Source of the DNA: Lingula anatina
Taxonomy: Eukaryota > Animalia > Brachiopoda
Length of the DNA: 64,000 bases
Assembly (NCBI GenBank): GCA_051362555.1
Contig: CM120641.1
Span: forward strand, 15,376,001-15,440,000
Direction of reading: 5' to 3'
Part shown: piece after piece, positions 59,080 through 64,000 of the stretch
How the letters are laid out: each line of letters begins with the position of its first letter
Position numbering within the stretch: position 1 is the first letter of the stretch
Made by a program: the position numbers and the translations under genes
The notes under the pieces: generated by a model
The model's database searches: none
What the model was told of the DNA's origin: nothing
Seen by the model: the letters and a program-made list of their open reading frames with translations, nothing else

Positions 59080-61370
59080 TCATTCAACATCATAAAAATC
59101 TTCAATCCTCCTTACTAGGATGATAGATCGCAACTGAGGTGACAAGAGGTGGCGATGAAGCATTCTCACTGTTGCTGCACAACTCTCGCTCCACTTCGCA
59201 AGGACGTGGCTGCATGGCGAATCCAGCTGATCATATCTCCATTTCTCAATAATGCTTTCTGGAATACCAACTCTGAGTGCAAGGGTTCTCCAATCAGCTC
59301 CTATAAAGTTACAAAATGTAAAGAAAAGATAAGAAAGGGAGAAGACTGGATGTGTAATTCAGTATAGCATACTGGTATGTTACTGTGGTCAAAATCAAAG
59401 ATTAAACAATTTTAACAGAATATCAACACCAAATTCGAATTTTTTTTTATTGATTAAATCATATTTTTATTCATGGCAACATTTAGATGATAAAAGCAAA
59501 TTCTGTCTTAGTTAAGTAAAATGTAATTTCCTGATGCAGTTCTTGGATTTATGGACTTACGTGATGGCTTTTCCATGTTCAGTTCCTTAATTATAAAAAC
59601 CTTGAGCTCTTTCAGCATGTTTCTGATGTGAGTGTCACCTGGTAGACGTTGACGAGGCTATATAAAATAAAGACACCAATCCATCTGATTTTTTTTCCAT
59701 GCAACAATCAATAAATACTAGAAGATCACAGAGGCATGTACCACCAGCAATGTTGTACATTTTAATGAGATAATACCACATGCGGGCATTTCCAGAGAAA
59801 CAGCAAATTAATAAGTTGTCATAATTGCTTACTTGCTGACCTAAGTAGTATGCACAGTTATGTGAGTTTACTGATGAAAAGCTTATCATAGACATTTTGC
59901 ATAAAGCAAATATTCCACTTATTTTTTTAAGAATGAACAAAAAATCTGCTTTGTCCATGAAAAAAAAAGAAAATAACTCTGAAATGATTACTTAGAAAAT
60001 AGATGAACAAAGTTGAACATGTCAAGTATTAATGAACCAGTTAAATAAAATATCCAAATAAAAAATATCTTATATCTTATCAAAAAAGAAATATCTTAGA
60101 CTTCAATGTCTGTGAAAATACAACAACTGGCCCAAAAATCATGACGGCTAAGTTGCACGTCAAAAGTGCCTAGCCACTCTGTATCAGTGCATACCTTTGG
60201 TGTGTTGAGTACATTAGCAGGAACAATATGTGGTGGTGGATGCTTCAAGGGACCAGTTGATGTACAATACCCATGAGGATACTCAAGGAAGTGTGGAGGG
60301 ATATCTGAAGAATAAAAAGCTGAACCTATAATTGATCAAGCCTTATTTACCACAGATTAGGGACTGATTTCCTTGCTATATTCTGTTAAGTATAAAATCC
60401 ATAAGCATATATACATATTCGTATGGTAACTCTACAAGATAAAGGATTCATTTACATATAATTAGGTGAAATAACTCCTAGGTAATATGTAGCCCTCACA
60501 ACAGATAATAAATATAGTAAATCAATATTTATAAGTTGTTTCCTACTGATATAACAAATATATGGTGTAAATTAAAAAAAAAAAAAAAAAAAGAGCAGAT
60601 CCAGGGGATGGGGAGTCATGGTAGATACATGTAGATGTAGGTGCTCTTCTCTTCCCCCCCCCCCCCCCAAAAAAAAAAAAAAATTAAAACAAAACTATGC
60701 AATTTTTCAATCCATACCACTACATTTTGTAATTAATGTCCTTGTCTTGTTTTTTACCATTGCTGAATGAAGTGAGGGAATATCTTTTTATTTTTTTGCC
60801 CCCCCCCCCCCCCACCCACCCAGTATAATCCTGGATCCACCGAAGAAATACACAAAGCTTATTTCAATTGTCAGTCAACAAACCTGCTTCAACTCTTATC
60901 TTTTCTACCAGAACTTTAACAGCAGGCATGTCATAACACTGGCATATTTCACTCAACCCTTCTTCATACTTGGCCCTGACCCTGAGCAGTTCAGCTTGTT
61001 CTACTGTCAGTTGTGTAACTCTGGTTTCCAACTCCTCTATACGTGTCTCCATTCTGTTTTTCTTTTTGTCTCTGGATATGACTTTGGAGAGCATACCAAG
61101 GAGATCATCTAAATTCACCTGTAAAGGGTCTAGATCATCCTCCAAACCATACTCAGCCTTGTCTGCATGATCTAAGATCTTTTTACCAAGTACAGAAAAT
61201 TTAGTCTTTAAGTCATCAAGTTCTTTTGTAATTGCATCCTTTTCCTCCTGCAGAGTCTTATTCTCTTGTAAGAGTACTTTAACTGAATTTTTGCCTTTTT
61301 TGACCGAGCCATCCTGTTTTCCATTTTTATTCTTGGCCACTAATGCTCCACTTTTCGGTTGTACAGACAT
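59080..61370 (-). CDS. Coiled-coil plus C-terminal death-domain protein, 4 coding exons, ~304 aa
   Basis: complement(join(59080..59300,59561..59657,60195..60304,60884..61370)); GT-AG introns, consistent phases, 915 nt. Exon 1 has heptad-rich segments (LLQENKTLQEEKDAITKELDDLK; METRIEELETRVTQLTVEQAELL). Last exon RADWRTLALRVGIPESIIEKWRYDQLDSPCSHVLAKWSESCAATVRMLHRHLLSPQLRSIILVRRIEDFYDVE* fits the death-domain pattern (DWxxLA..LG, SP...L..W, TV..L). Confidence 0.8.
60593..60842. mobile_element. Possible small GGATCC-terminal MITE in an intron of the death-domain gene
   Basis: GCAGATCCAGG ... CCTGGATCCAC inverted ends with poly-C runs. Confidence 0.4.
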
Positions 61371-61869
61371 TCTGACAGCAACTGCGACACATGACCTGGA
61401 CTACGACATCTTTTCATTCATCCTGAATAAGAAAATTGAGTGAAATCCCAGGATCTGAAAATTAAATAGACGCTCTCATAAGATGCTAGAAAGGCTTATT
61501 TAAATAGGTCACTGTTTCATAAGTGTTACATTACAATAAAGTTGGTTTGAGTAAAGACAAAATACAAATCTAAAAAAAAAACTGTCAGATACAGAGAATT
61601 TGAAGAGGAAAAAATATAAAATTTATTGATAAATATAATACAAACACCTAGCATTTTATCATTATTTTTTACAACTCATACTGGAGGATTGGTATACCTG
61701 AATACTGACTCAAAATGACACTTTCATATATTTAGTAGTATAACATTGAAATACATGCGTTACTAAAGCATATATTAACACTCTCATTTAAAATGTACTT
61801 ATCAGACTACCCGGTACATGTACCACAAGTACAAGAACAGTACAAGTCTAGTCCTTCTTTATACCTTAC

Positions 61870-62045
61870 CTGTATCAATAACCAAAGACAAAAAACTATT
61901 TCCCTTACACAACACCAACTTCACCCTACATGAATTAAAGGAACAGACTTTTACCTCCATTAAAGACCGCTCAAGGAAAGAAACTTCTGCTATCATTTCA
62001 AGCGCACACCCTCAAAAAGTGTTTACACCGCCATTTTTGCGTTGG
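61870..62045 (-). other. Probable non-coding first exon of the death-domain gene
   Basis: Minus-strand donor ACAG|GTAAGG at 61870/61869; matching acceptor TTATTCAG| at 61423, 52 nt before the ATG; YY1 motif at its 5' end. The 5' boundary is approximate. Confidence 0.5.
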
Positions 62046-62100
62046 CAAGTGCGTAATCTAAATCGAGGCCAAATACGTCACTTCCGACAATAACAAGGAG
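62020..62100. promoter_or_regulatory. Bidirectional promoter core with YY1 site and composite CRE/ETS site
   Basis: CCGCCATTTT (YY1 consensus) at 62028-62037; TACGTCACTTCCG (reverse complement CGGAAGTGACGTA) at 62074-62086; lies between two head-to-head genes. Confidence 0.65.
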
Positions 62101-62438
62101 GCAAAATGCAAAATTGATCCTGTGCTCTTGGTTAATCGATAAATTTTGCCAATTATTGTCTTTCCAGTGTATATGTCTGCTTATTTACCGTTTGGAGCTC
62201 AAAGAAAGTACGCCGTACGCTATGGTGGCCAGCAAATGATTCCCGAGTTCAACTGAAGGCGATTGTCAATAATATTGATGACAAATAATTTGTCGATTGG
62301 AACCGGTGAGAGGCAAAAGCTCAAAATCCATCCTGCGAGCACCTGTACTTTTGAAGTTTGATAAGAGAGAGTCCATTAGCGGCTTTGTTTCTATTGAATA
62401 TAATACTTCGGGACAATACTTTCCTCTTGTGGTGCGGT

Positions 62439-63513
62439 ATGTCTCAATCTGAGGGTCGAGCACCGCTTGCAACGGACGACAGTTTGCACGAACTGGACAC
62501 AGACCCTAGCTACTCGTATCTCGACGACAGCATCGATACACCAAACGAGGCAGAAGGTGCGTATTCAGTGCTTCAAGGAGATCATAACAACTACAACAAT
62601 GCTGACGAAAAAACCGAGACAGAATCTTCAGTTTGTGAGTCAACTTGTAGTGGAAATGACGGAGTGAAAATACACGTGTCAGATGAAGAAGGTGATGTAC
62701 AAGAAGGGGCCAAGGAGAAAGTACAAACTAGACTTGGTAAAGAGGATCAGAAGCTTATAAGTGATGAATGCCCTGATTTGGATGATACCTCATCAGAATC
62801 TCATGCTGTAGCAGATACATACAGAGAGGAGTCTGTGACGGTGAAAACCAAAGAACCGCAGGCAAAATTATATACAAGTCAGTTGAAAGTAAACACCAAA
62901 CCTATTGAGCGCCCAAGAAGCCGAACACCAATTAACCTGGTCACCTTGGATGAATATGTTTGCTCTGAATCTCCTGAGAAATCTCCTGGATTGAGCAAAC
63001 TAAATATAACTTTACCAGGAGAAGAATTTGAAACCAAAGAGAAAATCTCAAGAAAACCCAAAGTTGCTACCGAAAAAACTTGGTTTAATTTTAACGAGGC
63101 CAATTTGTTTAGCCATAGTAAATCAGCAGTCATAGTAAATCAATTGATTAAAAATGGAAGGGATTCACAAAAGAAAATGCTGGTACCTAAGACTCTTAAT
63201 GAACTCAAAGCAGAACAATCATCTCCTTTGCAAGAGAATCATTCAAAACGCCCACAGTCAGCTGCCACTTTGGAAGAAAGCAAACAACAGAATACCCCTG
63301 ATGTGATTGGTCCTACAGCACAAGTAGTCTCTCCTGTTTCTTCTGGCTGGGAAGTGTTTGAAGAAAAGTCAGATTTGAAAAGCAGAAGTCAAAAGAAACA
63401 TTTTCTTCTGAGCACCCCATCCTTTGAAGCAAAGCTTACAGAGAAGCAAATATCAGGTTATAATGATGCCCTGGATCCATTTATGAGCCAAAATACTGCT
63501 GGCACTCAACAAG
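62439..63513 (+). CDS. Large first coding exon (~358 aa) of an acidic, disordered protein; possible endocytic accessory protein (stonin/stoned-like motifs). Gene continues beyond the window.
   Basis: Long ORF from the first in-frame ATG at 62439 (MSQSEGRAPL...); donor CAAG|GTAATA after 63513; motifs GWEVFEE and TWFNFNE (WxxF), and DPF. Coding status is well supported; the family call is weak. Confidence 0.75.
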
Positions 63514-63631
63514 GTAATACACCAATGCTGTAGGTTTATTGAACTTAGTTATATGTATTGATTTTAATGGCCAGTAATATTCCTTGTTACTTTACTTGAG
63601 AAATTCACCAGCTTCCATTTCATAGACATCA

Positions 63632-63634
<3 letters not shown>

Positions 63635-63684
<50 letters not shown>
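63635..63684. repeat. (TTA)n microsatellite
   Basis: Direct reading. Confidence 0.95.
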
Positions 63685-63687
<3 letters not shown>

Positions 63688-64000
63688 GATTTTTTAAACC
63701 TTATTTATAGTACTATATGTTTATTGTCACTGTGACATTTTTTTTTTTTTTTTTTTTTTTTTGCGGGCACCTTCTTACACATGTTAATATACCAGCTACT
63801 AGTAGAAACAGGAAGTATTCTTAATTTGCAAGATAACTGACAAACCCGTGGTTAAAACCTTATTACTGCATTGGATCCAATTTCAGGATGCAGATCAATT
63901 TTTTCCAATACTATTTCTTGCCAAAAGGAAAATGGAAGGGCTGACGTAAATCGATTCTTTAAATATTGTAAAAGAAAAAGTACTAAGTAATACTAGACAA

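Noticed and set aside
62358-62438. ORF-track start at 62358 with a signal-peptide-like hydrophobic stretch
   Set aside because: The start codon is TTG; the first in-frame ATG is at 62439.
63887-63945. Possible second exon of the plus-strand gene (TTTCAG|GATGCAG...GAC|GTAAAT)
   Set aside because: The frame is open but the splice signals are weak and no protein similarity is recognisable at the window edge.

Overview
AT-rich, intron-rich animal genomic DNA, probably a lophotrochozoan invertebrate (inferred from the calpain N-terminus and repeat families). Most of the window (7338-54685, + strand) is one classical calpain large-subunit gene. I assembled it by hand from 19 GT-AG coding exons with consistent phases (2397 nt, 798 aa): Gly/Pro-rich N-terminus, CysPc protease core with intact Cys/His/Asn triad, C2-like domain III, and penta-EF-hand (PEF) domain. 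Intron 11 holds an extra ~420-nt coding-like exon with 11 GYP repeats. Its donor is phase-compatible with the PEF exons, so it could give a protease-free GYP+PEF protein resembling the calpain small subunit, sorcin or peflin; this is the most interesting observation. Downstream, a 4-exon minus-strand gene encodes a 304-aa coiled-coil plus death-domain protein. It shares a YY1/ETS-CRE bidirectional promoter with a plus-strand gene whose large first exon has WxxF/DPF-type endocytic motifs. Introns contain a decayed Sola2-like transposon, three copies of a Helentron-type non-autonomous element (one in a three-level nest with a second Helentron-type element and a TTAA/Kolobok-like insert), several PIF/Harbinger-type MITEs, a foldback element and microsatellites. 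All calls come from reading the sequence; no database searches were run.
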